Origin: Adineta vaga
Lineage: Eukaryota; Animalia; Rotifera
Assembly: GCA_021613535.1 (NCBI GenBank)
Contig: CP075492.1
Coordinates: 17,484,001-17,548,000 of the forward strand
Direction: 5' to 3'
Length of the DNA: 64,000 bases
Part shown: in pieces, positions 1-14,286 of the stretch
Layout: each line of letters opens with the position of its first letter
Position numbering within the stretch: position 1 is the first letter of the stretch
The notes under the pieces: model-generated
What the model saw: only the letters and a program-made list of their open reading frames with translations
Told to the model about the DNA's origin: nothing
The model's database searches: none
Translations under genes and position numbers: made by a program

Positions 1-2450
1 AAGAAGAATTTATGTTTAATTGAAGATCAACTTACAATAATATCATCACGAATAGGACAATTAGCTGGCATTAAAAGAATACTTTTATATGTGTCATGAT
101 CAGTGCGAGAAAAAAGTATTCGGGGTGGACAAAGTTGACCATTACCAATAACAGCACAATATCTTTATTTTAAAAAGACAAAATCTTCTTTTCTATCAGA
201 TTTCTTCCAATAACTTACTGATAAATAATTTGTGCAGCACGTATTGCACTAATAACAACACCACTTTCTGTTCGATAAGGTTCTAATTGTTCTAAATCTT
301 TAATAGTATCATCATCATCATCAATAGAAAATCCTGTTTGAATTCTCTAATCAATCAATTAAATAAAATATAAATATGAATTTAATACAATTTACTTTAA
401 CAATTTCTTCGTAAGTTTTATAATCTGTTATATTATTGTTTATTTCTTTTTCATCGATTCCATCGATGAGAAGTACATATGAAGCATTATTTTTAGCACG
501 AGCACGACCTTTTGATTGCATATATGAAGCAAAATTGACTGGTTTATTGAAGCGAAATACAAGATTACATTTGGGAATATCAAGACCTTCTTCAACTACT
601 GCTGTAGCTATTAGAATATTCACGTCACCAACATGAAATTCTTTGAGTACATGACGCTAAAAGAAATTATAAACATATAAAGGAAAATCTAAATTCATTT
701 CAAACCAGATATTTTGCATTCATTTTTGCATTTACAACATTTGCTCGTGGACCAGTTACATATTTGATTTTAAATTCATTATTATTTGATGGTAATAATC
801 TTCTATTCAATTCCATCAAAACTTCAGTCAAAATACTAGCTGTGTAGATACGTTCAACAAATACAATACATCGAGTTAAATTGTTAATTTCGAAATCTTT
901 TCTAATACGTTGATATAATTCGAGTACTTTTGAACTGAATAAGATATCATTTTGATTTTGATAGAAATTAAATAGATTTTGAAGAATATCATTAACAAGA
1001 CAATCAATACGTTGTACAGCATCATCAAATAATTGTTTTCCTTGTGATTCATTCATATGATCTAAGATTTGAGATGATTTTAACAGTTTTTGAAGTGCTT
1101 TTGTTGCTAAGAAAAGTCCATAGAGACCTAATTCATTTCCAAGTTGAACTAATTGTTCAAGATAACGATTAAGTCGAGGAATATTTACATATTCCGATTG
1201 AAGAAATATTGTATAATCGACTGAGACAGTATTGTAATCAATGACATCCTCTGCCAAATAATCTTTACTCAATATAATTTCACTCAGATCATGTTCACGT
1301 TTTTCACGTTCAGCTTTTTTCTCTTTTAAATACAGCGCTAAATCGTTTAAAATTGATTGTATTGTCTACATATTAGAGAATATTTAGAGTTGGATCACAA
1401 AGATACGAATAGACTTACATCAAAAGCAATAGAAATATTTTCATAACGATCAACTATACATTTTTTGTAATTTGAACATATTATATGTTCAACTTTAGCT
1501 GAAGTTCCACATCGAATACTTTCTTCTCGATTTGTACCACTAGCAACACGAGCTCTACAGAGAGAAAAAACAGACATTTCATTCTCTGTTCGTACATATA
1601 TAGATTTATTATACCTGTACGTATCTTCAATATTTTTTGCAGCCTTACTCAGTTGATCGGGTTTGAGTTTTTTTGCACTAATCGATGCTGTAAGACCAAG
1701 TATACGTGGTTTTTCATCACACTCATCATAATGTCTTCTCATTAGAGCTGCATAACAATTTTCTCCACTTGAATGATGACATTCATCAAAAATCAACAAA
1801 TTTACTTTACACAATGCTAAAATGTTCAATAATATTTATAATTCAATAGAAACAATCTAAAGACATACGAAAATACTTATGATCAACAAGATCAAGAAAG
1901 ACTTTTGCTGTAAAAACTAACACTTGATGCTGTTCAAATTCATTCATCCATCGTAATTTATCCCATAGATCAACGCCTAATTCACCATAATATCTTCCAA
2001 CTTTTAAATCCGTATGAATAGAAAGATAATCACTTTGTTGTTGAACAAGAGCAACTTCAATAATTATAATATGAAAAATCTATTCTGATGATTATTAACA
2101 AACATAGATACCTGTTTTGACAAGAAATATTGTTCGTTTGCCACCATCATCAATACTCTGACGAATTTCATGTGCCATTTCTTTGATAAGCATCACTGCA
2201 ATATAAGTTTTACCACTTCCAGTTGGTAAACATATAACTAAATTTTCTGATTTTGCTTGTTCCATTAATTCAGCCTGATAAGATCGAGGTATCGATACCA
2301 TTTCTTCTTCATTCGCTTCTATTTTACTACAAATATTTGAGAATTATGCAAAGACAAATAAATAACTAGGCAAAAAAACCGAATTCCTTACGATTGTTTT
2401 GATGGTGAACATAGAAGAGTATCTGTAGTAGATGACGCAGCTCGTCGCAT
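1..2450 (-). CDS. Dcr: Dicer-family endoribonuclease, 5' portion (DExD/H helicase, helicase C, start of DUF283/dsRBD); multi-exon, runs off the left edge
   Basis: Exons encode PRSYQAEL, LPTGSGKT (Walker A), LLIFDECHH, LGLTAS, ATAVVEEGLDIPKCNLV and SYMQSKGRARA. They are followed by a YCAVI...LLMPANCPIR DUF283-like segment. Exon 1 MRRAASSTT...KQS (ATG at 2450) splices in frame to KIEANEEEMVSIPR. Confidence 0.9.
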
Positions 2451-2757
2451 CTCTTCTATTCTTATAAACTATATAACTGTATTTAAAGAATTGCATTCTT
2501 TTATATTTTTTCCCAGAGTTTGTTGTTCTTCAAACATGCTCTTTATCGTACGAGACATCAAAACGCGTATGAGAAAACCATTCAGAACAGAACAACAAAG
2601 TTTCTCTCTTCCTTAAACTAACATAACGATAGAAACCATGTGAGTAATAGAATAATCAAGCCGTTTGCTTGATAACAACGACGACCAACAGACACATTGT
2701 CTCGTAGATGACAGTAGCTATTGAAAATGCACAATTACATTTTAATAACTTGCGGAT

Positions 2758-2824
2758 TTTAGGGGTGGGTGTGGACGTTGGTGAGAGTGAAGTGAAGGCA
2801 CATACCCACATCCACACCCTCAAG
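2758..2824. repeat. Telomere-like inverted-repeat hairpin element
   Basis: TTTAGGGGTGGGTGTGG...CATCCACACCCTCAAG. Confidence 0.8.
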
Positions 2825-4427
2825 AACATCACATTATCAGACTTATTTTACGATGTCGAAATTGATCAAGACAATCCTCAACAAGCTTATTTTGCAGCAT
2901 GTTTAGTACCGCCTACTGCTCCACACCATTCGAATATGTTAAGCAGGATCAGAACAATATCGATTTGTATCTTATGGGATGCAAGTTTAAGTCGAGCTAA
3001 TATTGATAATCGTCGTAATGAAATTGAACTATTGAAGAAAATTTTCCAAATTTGGCAATCGAATGGTGTCAATGCTACTGTTACATTAGTTATCTTTCGA
3101 AATGTATTAGAAGAACTACATATATTTCAAATAAATGATCGTCATTTTCAGTCGAAATTAACTCAACTGTTAAATGATATATCTTACGATGGTGCCACAA
3201 ATCGATTCGAATTATCCAGGATTTCTACAATCGTGCCCAATGCTACTCATTATTTTCTATTTAGTGATTGTCTGTCAACGATTGGAAATGATGAACCATC
3301 AATATTGGATAGTTTTACAACAAAACCAATTTGGATATTCAATGCGAATTTACTCCATGTACAAACAAATTATTCTTTAATTACTTATTTGACCGATCTT
3401 AGTATAGTGGAGGATATATTTCTCGTGATAAAATCATCGTTTCCACTAATGCTAATGAAGTTATTCGATGGATTGAAAGTCCACAATCACAATATATTAA
3501 TACGGATATTCTTGATAATTCCAATGTTCAGAAAATATATCCAAGTCATTCCATTACATTAACATAAAATACAAAACAATTTGTTCTTGTCGGAAAAATT
3601 TCTTCATCGAAATCATCGTCAAGAAGTCATCATACCAAAATCAAACCCATCTGCTCAAAACTATGGTTTATTACGTCGTTTATATGCTAAACAAATATTA
3701 AATGAATTGATTGCATTTCCCGAACGAAATAAAAAGCGAATCTTAGAGATTGGTTTGAAATATTCTCTTTTTAGCAGTTTTACATCGATTCTTGTCTTAG
3801 AAACATTACAACAACATATTGAACACAATATTTGTCCACATAAATCACGAGTCAAACAATACAAGGATTTCATAAATCACCAACGAACAAAGGAACAAGA
3901 GGAAAAGACAGGAAAACAAGAAAAAATCACCGCTGTACTAAATTTGTGGCAGAAACGTTGTGTCTAGTATGATCAGACTATAAAAAATGTAGAGCATAAA
4001 AAAAACAACGATATGGTGATTATGACGACATGAGTTCTTCTCTTTCCCTACAAACAATGGCCACTGTTCATCATTTTGCAGAACACATTTACAGTAAAAT
4101 GTCTGCTATAGAGGCGCCGTCTGTCGATTATAGATATGAAGATGTAAGAATGCATCGCGAAGAGCAATATGAAATAGAACGTTATATAGAATCAAAAACT
4201 CAATCAAGTATTGATCAACCTAGACCGAAGACTTATTGAGATACAAGAAATAACAGTATGTCAAGTGTTAAGTGATGAAATACGACAATCAAAGCCGAGA
4301 CAAGAAGATATCAGCACGACTAAACCAACGATTGTCGTACAAAATTGGGATCCAAATACTCTATATATGATTAAAACTAAACAGCGTGATACTGTACAAA
4401 CTGCTTATCAGACTTATTTAGCTGAAC
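2825..4427 (+). pseudogene. Internal fragment of a VIT/vWA-domain protein (bacterial-like), frameshifted
   Basis: ICILWDASLSR (vWA MIDAS-like), [34 protein letters not shown]. Frameshift near 3403 (GGYISRDK lies in another frame) and several stops. No credible start or end. Confidence 0.65.
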
Positions 4428-4486
4428 GGTGGGTGTGAGAATAGGGTAAGATCTATTTTTTACTGCTCAACCACACCCATACCCTT
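4428..4486. repeat. Telomere-like inverted-repeat hairpin element
   Basis: GGTGGGTGTGAG...CCACACCCATACCCT. Confidence 0.7.
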
Positions 4487-7400
4487 TAACTTCAACAGTG
4501 ATTTCAATACACTATGTTGGAAAATACCTATTAGTTCACATTATAATTTTCGTCGGTTGTTCCTCCGGTATGAAAGCAGATATTTTCGTGCGTTCTGTCA
4601 AATCATTTACTAGTTTAATTCGCTAGAGAGAGTGATTCACCATCTTTTTTCGCGTTTCCAGCAGAACAAAAAACATTTATCGGTATTCAGGCGGTTAATA
4701 GTGTTGTAAATAATCGAAAAACTGAAGAGAGCGATGGGAAAAGGTATGATACTGGAATAACTATTATGGAACAATCATTGAATGAAAGGCAAACAACAAT
4801 AACGAGAATCAGTATTCTGTTTTGTATTTATTATTGTGCTTTAAATTCTTAAATTTTGAATTACTTACATAAAATGTTAGTTAGCATTTTTAAAATATTT
4901 TTTCTAGATTCTAAGGATATAACAATAGATAGGAACAGAAAAATAGATTATGAAAAATAGAGAGAAAAAAGTGGATGAAAAAGAAACAGAAATTAAGTAT
5001 TTATAATTCTCATCAATTTAGAATTGACTTTATTAACAAAAGCTTTATAGACAGCTGAAACATTCCATACAGAGATTATATAGACGAATTAATGAATTGA
5101 AGAATATTCAACTCAAGAAAGTGGTAAGTAGATGAAATTTAGTTATTAAATTAAATTTATTTGTGAAAACACACTATTCTATAACACAATATCGATGTTG
5201 TTCATATTTGATAGAACTAGACACATCTAATACGTATATATGAGACCTATATGGATTATAGAAGAAATAAATTACTTTTCATATACATAAAACACATAAT
5301 TAATGAAGGTTTCTATTCATGATAGAACGTAAAGTTCATTTCTATTATTAGTGATGATAATTTAGTATTAGAATTTCTGTAATGAGGATCAAGAATTGCA
5401 GGCTACTAATTTCTGTCACTGATGGTATATTTATAGAACGCCGTCATTCAAAGAAAATGAAAGATAATGAATGCTTTCCCATTTGATTTATGAGATAATG
5501 AAAGTGTCTGTTATTCGACTCCTAATGAAGATGTATTTATCCTTATGAACATCATTATTATTCTCACTTACATTCATTTATTTAAAATCTTTAGATAAAA
5601 AACGACCTAATATCCATTTTGAGAACTTTCAGTAGATAAATAAATATAAAAGTATGGTTTGTGGAAGTAAAAAGAAATGGAAAAAATAGAATAAAAAGGT
5701 GAAGTTCCATAAACTTTGTAACATGATAATTATTACTGTCGATAACATTAATATTCATGTCATGATAAATTGTAATACTTTTAGAACAATTTATAGAGAT
5801 TCACGTCTATGCATGATGCATTTCTGTTAATATTAAAATTCATAGTTTCCATCTTACCATTAACTTACAGATTAAAGGTCGATACAATAAAAGAGGCTTG
5901 AAATATCTTTCAGGCTCGAACGTTCTCTGAAATTGATTTTGAAGTTGAAAAATTTATTTGAGAACATTTCCGATCTCAAAAGTTGATTGGTCGATTTTCA
6001 GTGCAAAAATCAGTATTTTTAAACATAACTGTATAGGAAGCTGATTTCGTCTCATCATAATCTTCGACATAGATATAATTTTCAATCTAATTTGATATTG
6101 ACATCCTTGCAGAGGCTAACATAATTTAATTATTGCATGAACGTCGATTTACGCACGAAAAAATTTACTATATTCGGTTGATGAATTGATTAATTATAAA
6201 TGAACAGTTACATTTAATGAATTTCCTTAATTAACTCTGATTTGAATAAACAGCATAAATCTTTATTTCGTAATAGAATTTACATGTTTTTTTAAAACGG
6301 TTAAGTCGTCTTTACGAATAGTTTTATATCTAACTGCATATTAATACTTTTAGCGAATATAGAGATGCACTTTAAAAATTTTCATAATTGATTTTTTTCT
6401 TCTTCCAGGAGAACATTTTATTGTATTTAGGATATATCAAAAGTTTGTGTCATAATGTTTAAAGTTTTATAGAAAAGTAAATATTAAATGTTTTATTATG
6501 AGAATATATATAGTGTAGTTTCTCGTCCCTAATAATCTATAGAGAATGATTTATCTTGTAGATTTAAGTCTAACATTTTTCTAGATACAAAATAGAATAT
6601 TTATAAACTAGAATATAAGCACAGTTATTCAATAAAACCATAACGCTAGTCGAGAGTGACTCGCTTAACCCTCGACTGAAACATTAACAAAACGTAGTTT
6701 ACTGACTATTTCAGTAGATAAACTTTTATTTGCCAAATGAAAACCTTTTATAAAAACACATCACGTTCGCTGCAAATCACCGAATTTTGTTTTTTTTTTC
6801 TCGTTTCTCAACTATCAATACTCACCTTATGCGATAATGAGAAGACTCTCAGATTAATGGATCAAACTTTACCAAAGAGGAGAAGGTTTTTTCTTACTGA
6901 CAGTCATTGACCTATGACGGACAAACGCAGTATCGTTTTATACTTTTAACTTCTCTATAATCAATGGAGAAGAAAATGTTTCTTTAACCCCTGACTTTTG
7001 ACCCTCTATGTACCCATTCACCCATCATGCCATATTTCCTGTAGTATCAGTTATCGGAATTCTGAAGAGAATATTCTTTTGACCTTTGTCCTCATGAAAA
7101 TTGTATTTCTTTAGATCACTTCAAATCATATCCCTTTAACCTTCAACCCCATCCAAAACGATGTTTCTCTGATTTTTAGCAGTTTTGGGGAAAATATTTT
7201 GTTAATCTTTGACCCTGACGCAAACAAACAAACATACAAACTAATTTTTTTTCGTATGATCCTCCTTTCAGTCGAGAGAATTATAATCTTCGTCTGACAA
7301 GATGTTAAATCTAAATTCGAGATCAAATTTCTTTATAGATTATCAAAGACGAGATATTATACTATATATATTCTCATGATAAAATATTCAAGATTTCATA

Positions 7401-7515
7401 ATTTACTCTTTAGTCTAAAAAGATTCTGTGAACAAATTTTTGTTCTTCTAGAAAAATTCCATTAACGTTTTTTCTTTCAAGAAGTTTATCATTCCATTCT
7501 GAACAACTTGAAATA

Positions 7516-8534
7516 ATGTTGGACGAAGAAAATAAAAAAATGGGATTTATTTTAACTTCATTTACATTTGGATTTGCAATATTTTCAACAATCATATCAT
7601 TCACAGTTCTATCAATTCTTATTTATCATTTATATCATAATCGTATAAAACGAAATCATAAAATAACTATATTTCATTGTATTCATATTTATTTATCGAT
7701 GTTTATATTTACAACAATTACATTATCAATGAATATTCAAACAATATTAGGTGATTTAAGTGGAAGAACATTTGAATCATCATGGTGTATTATTTCAGGA
7801 TATGTTTCACTTGTTCATCTTTGTACAATGTATTTAGCGTTTGTAAATCAGGTTATTTTGAAAATTGATAAAAGAAAATATATTTCTATGAATATGACTT
7901 TTTGTTTTAGGCATTTTATCGTTTAATTCGAATTCTTTATCCTCAAAATCGATATTTTCGATCTTTTAAATTTTATATTCTTATTGTTATAGTTGAATAT
8001 TTATGGTCAATTTGTATTTTAAGTGTTCTTGAAACTTGGAATGGAGTTATTTATTTAATTAATGATTCATTTTGTTATGTTTCATTTTCAAATATACGAG
8101 CAGTAATGTGGGCAGCAGCTTTTGTTTATTTACTTCCATCTCTAGGTACTTTTGTAATTTACACGCGACTCACATTTTTTCTTCGACATCAAAGAAATAA
8201 TTTAACATTAAAAATTAAACGAAGACAAGATCGAGATTTTCTTATTGTTAAACGTATTTCAACTATAGTTACTTTATTATTTATTCTTGGAATTCCATCA
8301 ATGATTTTTATTATAAGATTTACCATAACAAATAATTATCATCCTTTAACACTTCGAATTTCATGTTTACCAATTGTAATATCAACGTCAAGCTTAAGTA
8401 TTGTATTGGTCTTTTCTATTCCACAGTTGAAAAGCCTTGTTAGAAAATCATTTCAATCACAACAAGTAACAACAACTACTCATGCTACTTCACGTAAAAG
8501 TATTCAAATAAAAACTGTACATTATACAGAGTGA
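7516..8534 (+). CDS. Rhodopsin-like 7TM GPCR, 2 exons (7516-7851, 7911-8534; about 319 aa)
   Basis: Hydrophobic helices, WCIISGY, QAFYRL (DRY-equivalent region), RRQDRDF..KRI in the third intracellular loop. The phase-0 GT-AG intron at 7852-7910 joins the frames. Confidence 0.8.
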
Positions 8535-8678
8535 TTTTTTTGTGGTTATCATTAGTTTGTTAAATGAATTAAATACTCATCTGTTTGTTGTGATATTCGC
8601 GTACTTTTGTAGTTTTCTTCGAAGTCGATGATTTTAACTTTCAGAATCAGTTGAAAGTGTCAGAAGAAGCACTGTTTT

Positions 8679-8725
8679 TTGAGGGTGTGGCTGTGAGTGA
8701 AAAAATATACCCACACCCACACCCT
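8679..8725. repeat. Telomere-like inverted-repeat hairpin element
   Basis: TTGAGGGTGTGGCTGTG...ACCCACACCCACACCCT. Confidence 0.8.
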
Positions 8726-10301
8726 GTTCTTGATCTACTGGCTTGAGCAAAACGATCGCGGTTACTTACGCAAATTTTAATTTTTGCTAGTGACCGCGAA
8801 CTTTTTGCTCAACTTAATATTAGTGAAGATGAATTAATCGAAATTCTGAAACCAAAATTCGATCCAAAACCACAACAACAAACAACCACCATAAGATTAA
8901 CCAAACAAGAAAAACAAAAGAAAAAGAATGAAAAGCTCAAATGGAAACGAAAATACCAACCGAATTTCCAAAATTACATTATTCGTCCAATACACAATCA
9001 ATACGATTATATGAAGATCAGAGCTCAAATGGTGGAAGATAAGATATACACCAGCCACTTCCAAAACATCAATAGAAGAAGGGGTCAGGTGAAAATTGGA
9101 TTTAAATCAAGTGAAGAAAAAGAAGAAGCAAAATTAAAAATGAAAGTAAATTATTTTTCATGCGAACGATTTGAAGCCAGATGGGGAACAAAATGAAAAA
9201 AAAACAAAAAACAGAAAAATAACCGAACAAACAAAATCAAACGAAAAATTCTCCAGCAGCGATAACAACGAATTGAAAAAACAACAACAGATAGGCTAGT
9301 AGATTTAACCAATACATTCATTTATTTAGATAAACAACACAAGCGGACGATCATTCTTACTACACTTAATTATGATGATAATCATACACATGATATCAAT
9401 GGATATATTAATTCAATCAAATTTTTGGTTCACAAGTTATTAATGATACACCATAAAATCGATTAGCAAAATTAGATATTAACATTCTTTTTTTCGATCA
9501 AATTATTAGCTGATGATATGAATCACATTGGATGACAGATACATCCTTATTATGTACAAATGGCGAATTACAAACTGATGGAAATTACTTCTAAAGAAAC
9601 ATGAATTATGGAAATCCACTGACAACATCTTTAAATACACAAATCGATGAAGAATGAAGAATGTAACAATTGAACGAAGAACATTAACCGACGTTGTTGA
9701 TATATTTTTATATAAAAAGATTAACGCTGTGTTTCGTATCATTTCTGATCAATTCTTATTGGCTAAACATAAACTTGTATCTGCTGTATTTCTCCTTTTT
9801 CTCTTATGTACAGGTAGCATCATTATTATATTTGTGTGTGCGGACACACGGTTCCATATGGAGAAGGCGATTGTTAACGGTAGTTTACATCACTACCTTG
9901 AATCTCTCTATCTCTTTCTCTGTCTCTCTGTCTTCTTTTCTGTCTCTCTATAAGCGTGTGTTCTGCATGTACAGAAAAGATTCGAATAAACACGAACAAG
10001 CTCGAAGAACGAGCTAACAAAGAATTTCTAAAATCCAAGGAAATAATATACAAAATGTTGTAGAGGACAGCGTCAATACTTGATCATTTGTCCACTAGAC
10101 TATGTTAGACAAGAGTTGCTTTATTTATTTATTAACAGAAAAGATAATTACAACAATGAAGAATGATTTTTTTATGTTTCAGAAAGTTCAAGTTTCGAGA
10201 CGTGTAGCAAACGCATTTACAAGATGATCTAGATTGTTCTCAAGTCGTTCTATACGTTTCAACAGCGAACGCTTAGTCCATCGAACGAAAAGTGAAATAA
10301 A

Positions 10302-11117
10302 TTATGCAAAAATAAGAAAAATTGCTGATAAACCGATTTCACCGAATTCCGTAATTAGAGTTAGAGTTTTGATGGTTAATCTATTTTCTTTCAAGCCATC
10401 AAGAATAGTTCTAAAGGAATTTTCAATTATTGACTGATGCGTGGAAAACAATTGTTTATTCATATTTTTAAGAGACCATGGAATAGTTTGTAGTTGTACA
10501 TATTGTTCTGTATCTGACGATTTAATTAAAAAATTTCGACCAGTACAACTGGACGAAGTTAATTTAATACCAGAACAGCTCAATGTATTTCCACATGGTA
10601 GACGTAAGATAGATGGTTCATTGATAATCGTAAAGCCGTTATATAGCCCAGTATCTGTTTGTAATTGACAATACATTGGTTGTCTGTCATGAGAAAAAAA
10701 GCCAAACGTTATTATCGAAGTTAATAAAATCGGTTTGCTTATATGATGGGAACGTGTTATTTCACATGAAGTGACAACCTGTTTATTATCATTTAAAAGT
10801 TCTGATAAACAAGGTAAATCATTCAGTCGAATGAACGGCAATTTCTTTGAACAATAAATGAAAATTGAAAATAGACATTCATTCTTGTTTGTAATATCAG
10901 TCCATGTCATAACTGATTGATCTTGTGTATTAACAGCGATAATATTAGGTATATTCGAATAGATAAATTGTTCATTGTTAACAATTGCTGGTAATGGAGT
11001 CAACCGATAGACCGATAGAATATTATCGTTCTCAATCACAGGACAAAAAAAATGATGTAGCAACAATAAGACATGGTTGATTGGGTAACCTATGTTTTTC
11101 ATTATTGCCAGTCCCAA
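10302..11117 (-). mobile_element. Degenerate env-like (viral fusion glycoprotein-like) ORF of an LTR retroelement
   Basis: Intronless and Cys-rich (SVYRLTPLPAIVNN, ECLFSIFIYC, PCLSELL, RLPCGNTLSC) with a C-terminal hydrophobic tail. Resembles the C-terminal half of errantivirus/F-type Env. Truncated. Confidence 0.5.
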
Positions 11118-11424
11118 TACATGTAACAGTCACAGCTTGTTAGACAATTGAAGCATCGATTGATCGAGTTGATATCAAGAGAATCAAATCATCGATATGC
11201 ATCATAATGATTAAAAACATAAATGTTGACTTCTGTCGATTTTTTAAAACTATTTTCTTATGAAAAAGACTTTTGCAATGAATTTGTACAAACAAAATAG
11301 AGTTATAATTTTAAACACGCTTTTTTATCTTACATACCATATATACGCTGATAGACTGTGAACAGCTGTTCATAAAACGATAACTATTGATTAAAATTTC
11401 ACATTTTTGAAAGCTCTGTTATAA

Positions 11425-13280
11425 ATGGTAAATATTTTGATGTTGATATTATTTAGTGATTCCGACTCGAATAAATCGATGGATTTTAACAACGAATGTT
11501 CAATTGGATTTTCTGTTCTATCATCACAAATGCCATGTATTATAGACGTAAGCAGTTGTAATATTGAGATGAATCTATTATCACCTTCTTCAATCAAAAT
11601 TAATGAAACACCAATCACAGTTCCTTCTTCTGCTGGCAATATTTTTATGACTTTATCAGATCTCACTGAATCGCATTTATATCGAGTATTTTGTTCAAAA
11701 CGTCGACATTCTTCATCGAACAGCAGCTGCTCTACATCTATACAGCAAACATCTGAACAATTGTATGACCAACAAAACAAACCTTCATCATCACATACGA
11801 CCGGAAATAGCAAGCTTCACTTTATCAAAGGCGATCAAATAACTACTATTGGTAATCTTAAGCTTGTATGGCTTATATACGGAGTTGATAATTTCATTTA
11901 TGCTGGTAAACGTTACGATATATTTCATACCTGTATAATTGACACAGGTTTGTTTATCTTGTATCATGCATACAAAGCACATTCCGACGAATTTCGTAAT
12001 ATTTTCACATGCAATTCGCTTGATATTTATCAAATTATTTGGCGCACATTCCAACTAGTTGATGCAGAAGGATGGACTACAGCTCGCTTCTACCGGCTCA
12101 CCGGACACAATCTTCTCGAAAATAGAAGTTCAAACGGTGATTATGATCTTATGGATACGATGAAAGCAATTAAGCCTTTCAATTTATTAAACCTATGCAG
12201 AAATATCCTGTAAAATCTAAATGTGCATGTCCTGTCTGTCCTAAACAAGTTCGTGAATACACAAATGTCGATATATCATAGACGTAAGTTTTTTTCCAAA
12301 CTATATCTACCACACAATAAGACAGTAAAGTTTCTGAGTTAGCAGAAAGCTTCTTCTATACAAAATTGCACAAAAGAGACAGAAGGTGTTTTTAATCAAT
12401 ACGAATGTGTCTCTAGTCTATTATTTCTTCTTTCGTATATATCACGTTGTCCGAAGGAATAAGAAAGTGTAATAGAAGGACAAACATGTAAGATGAATAT
12501 ACAATATGTTGCCAATCAACGATGAATGAAGCTGATAAAGAACGAGTAGATAAATAGGATATGTTGAATCAGTCACACATTTCATTGTTTCATAATTTAA
12601 TTCTTTATCAAACAATGTTGTCTCATCAATCGACTGTTTACATACTGACTGAATTCTTTTTATTGATTCATCATATATAATTTTTAATTTGTATTATTCT
12701 CAATGTAGGAGAGTCAATCGTGAATTCATGAATTTCATACCAAATTTTGCCAGCACACGAGAACATCAATGTCGAATTGATCTCGGTCGTTTTAAACCTC
12801 GAAAATATCCAGCAGAATATTCAGTTGACGACAGATTTCCAGTTGTGGATGTAGAGACAAATGTAACTCGTATGAAGTAAAGTGTCAATCTTACCCATTT
12901 TCATGTAAACAGTATTGAATTTTAGAAAGCATTATATATGTGAAGCTACTCGAATAGTAGACAAAGCAAAATTTATACACAAAGCACCGTTTGTTATTGT
13001 TGATGTTGGGAAAATTTCTGCATCCATGACAGAATTACCAGATCCTCTTTATATTGGTGAATATACGTAAGTTCACAACATTTGCAGACCTCATTCATTT
13101 TGTATAATATTTAGCTATAATCTGTCTGCCGGTATCAACAACACAAATCAACACTTCACGGCAATTATCAAAGCACAGGGTGGTACTTATTATCATTTCG
13201 ATGATACAAATCGTTTGGGATGTGTCATACATGATCGCCGCATGCTCGTCGAATTGGCACTATACGTATTGCAATTATAA
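11425..13280 (+). pseudogene. USP-like (papain-fold, C19-like) cysteine peptidase, spliced and damaged, probably TE-associated
   Basis: Cys-box-like HTCIIDTGLF (about 11927), CxCxxC segment near 12222 in a shifted frame, and terminal exons giving ELPDPLYIGEYT|YNLSAGINNTNQHFTAIIKAQGGTYYHFDD (His box). Confidence 0.5.
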
Positions 13281-14254
13281 TCAACACGTTTTTGAGGCGA
13301 AAAAAATTAAGGAATAATATTTTCAACAGGATATATGATGAATCTTATTCTCTCTTAATTTAATGATATATATCAGCTTTTCTTGTATTTCATATGATGT
13401 CTATATTTTTTCTCTTCCTTCACTCAGCCCGATTTATATATGTCAATATCTTTTCTTTTCTCTGTATTCTATCCGATCGTTTCTTATTCATTTAAACAAG
13501 TCTGTTCATATCTTTCTGTGTTCTTGATTAAACTCATTCATTTGAACACAAAATATCACTAACGATAACCTATATGTTAATAGCATCTCAATTATACCTA
13601 CATTTTCTTTCCATTTCTTGTTAAAGATTAAAAGAGCAATGTCATAACATCTATTCTTTCAATCCGATCTATATAATAACTCAAATATTTTGACAACCTG
13701 TATGAACATGTAACAAAGCTATCATACAAATAGTTGCCCTATGATCCTTTAAATAGTCTATTTCAGCAAAAATTCGACTTTTTTAATCCACCACATGAAA
13801 AGTATAAAATATATGGCACCTACAATTATTTAAACGTACAAATTTACATTGAAACTGATTTTTAAACATTTCCATAACTTATAGTTCTATAAAATCTTCA
13901 CTTACAAAAGATTACAGCAATGCAAATACTATCCGGTAATTCATACAGAAATATTTCGAGTATATTCCAACTTCCAAAGCAAATGTCAGCAAGAAATACT
14001 GAGTAAAACCACAACTTTTCACAGTATTTTGGTTGAAAACCCTAGTTTTTGATTATAGACCCCCCTCTCATCCGGCACCATTCGATGCAGAATGATGAAC
14101 TCGATCCATCCCAGAAGTATTAGACCCATCCCAAATACCTAAGCGAATGTCAACAGGAAATACTCGAATCTGCTGCTGACTTCCATCACGTGGAATAGAA
14201 TCTACCTAATGAATCCCTTCAGCAAGGACGAAATCGCGATCGTAGAATGCTTTA

Positions 14255-14286
14255 CTCACCCACACCCACACCCACCCACCCTCAAG
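14255..14286. repeat. C-rich half of the telomere-like element
   Basis: CTCACCCACACCCACACCCACCCACCCTCAAG. Confidence 0.75.

Noticed and set aside
4730-5640. Exon-like fragments with splice signals
   Set aside because: Too degraded to assign a family or frame.
8820-9500. Lys-rich ORF fragments
   Set aside because: Probably repeat-derived, but I could not support a specific call.
10057-10222. Possible LTR (TG...CA with AATAAA on the minus strand) downstream of the env-like ORF
   Set aside because: No second copy, polypurine tract or TSD is visible.
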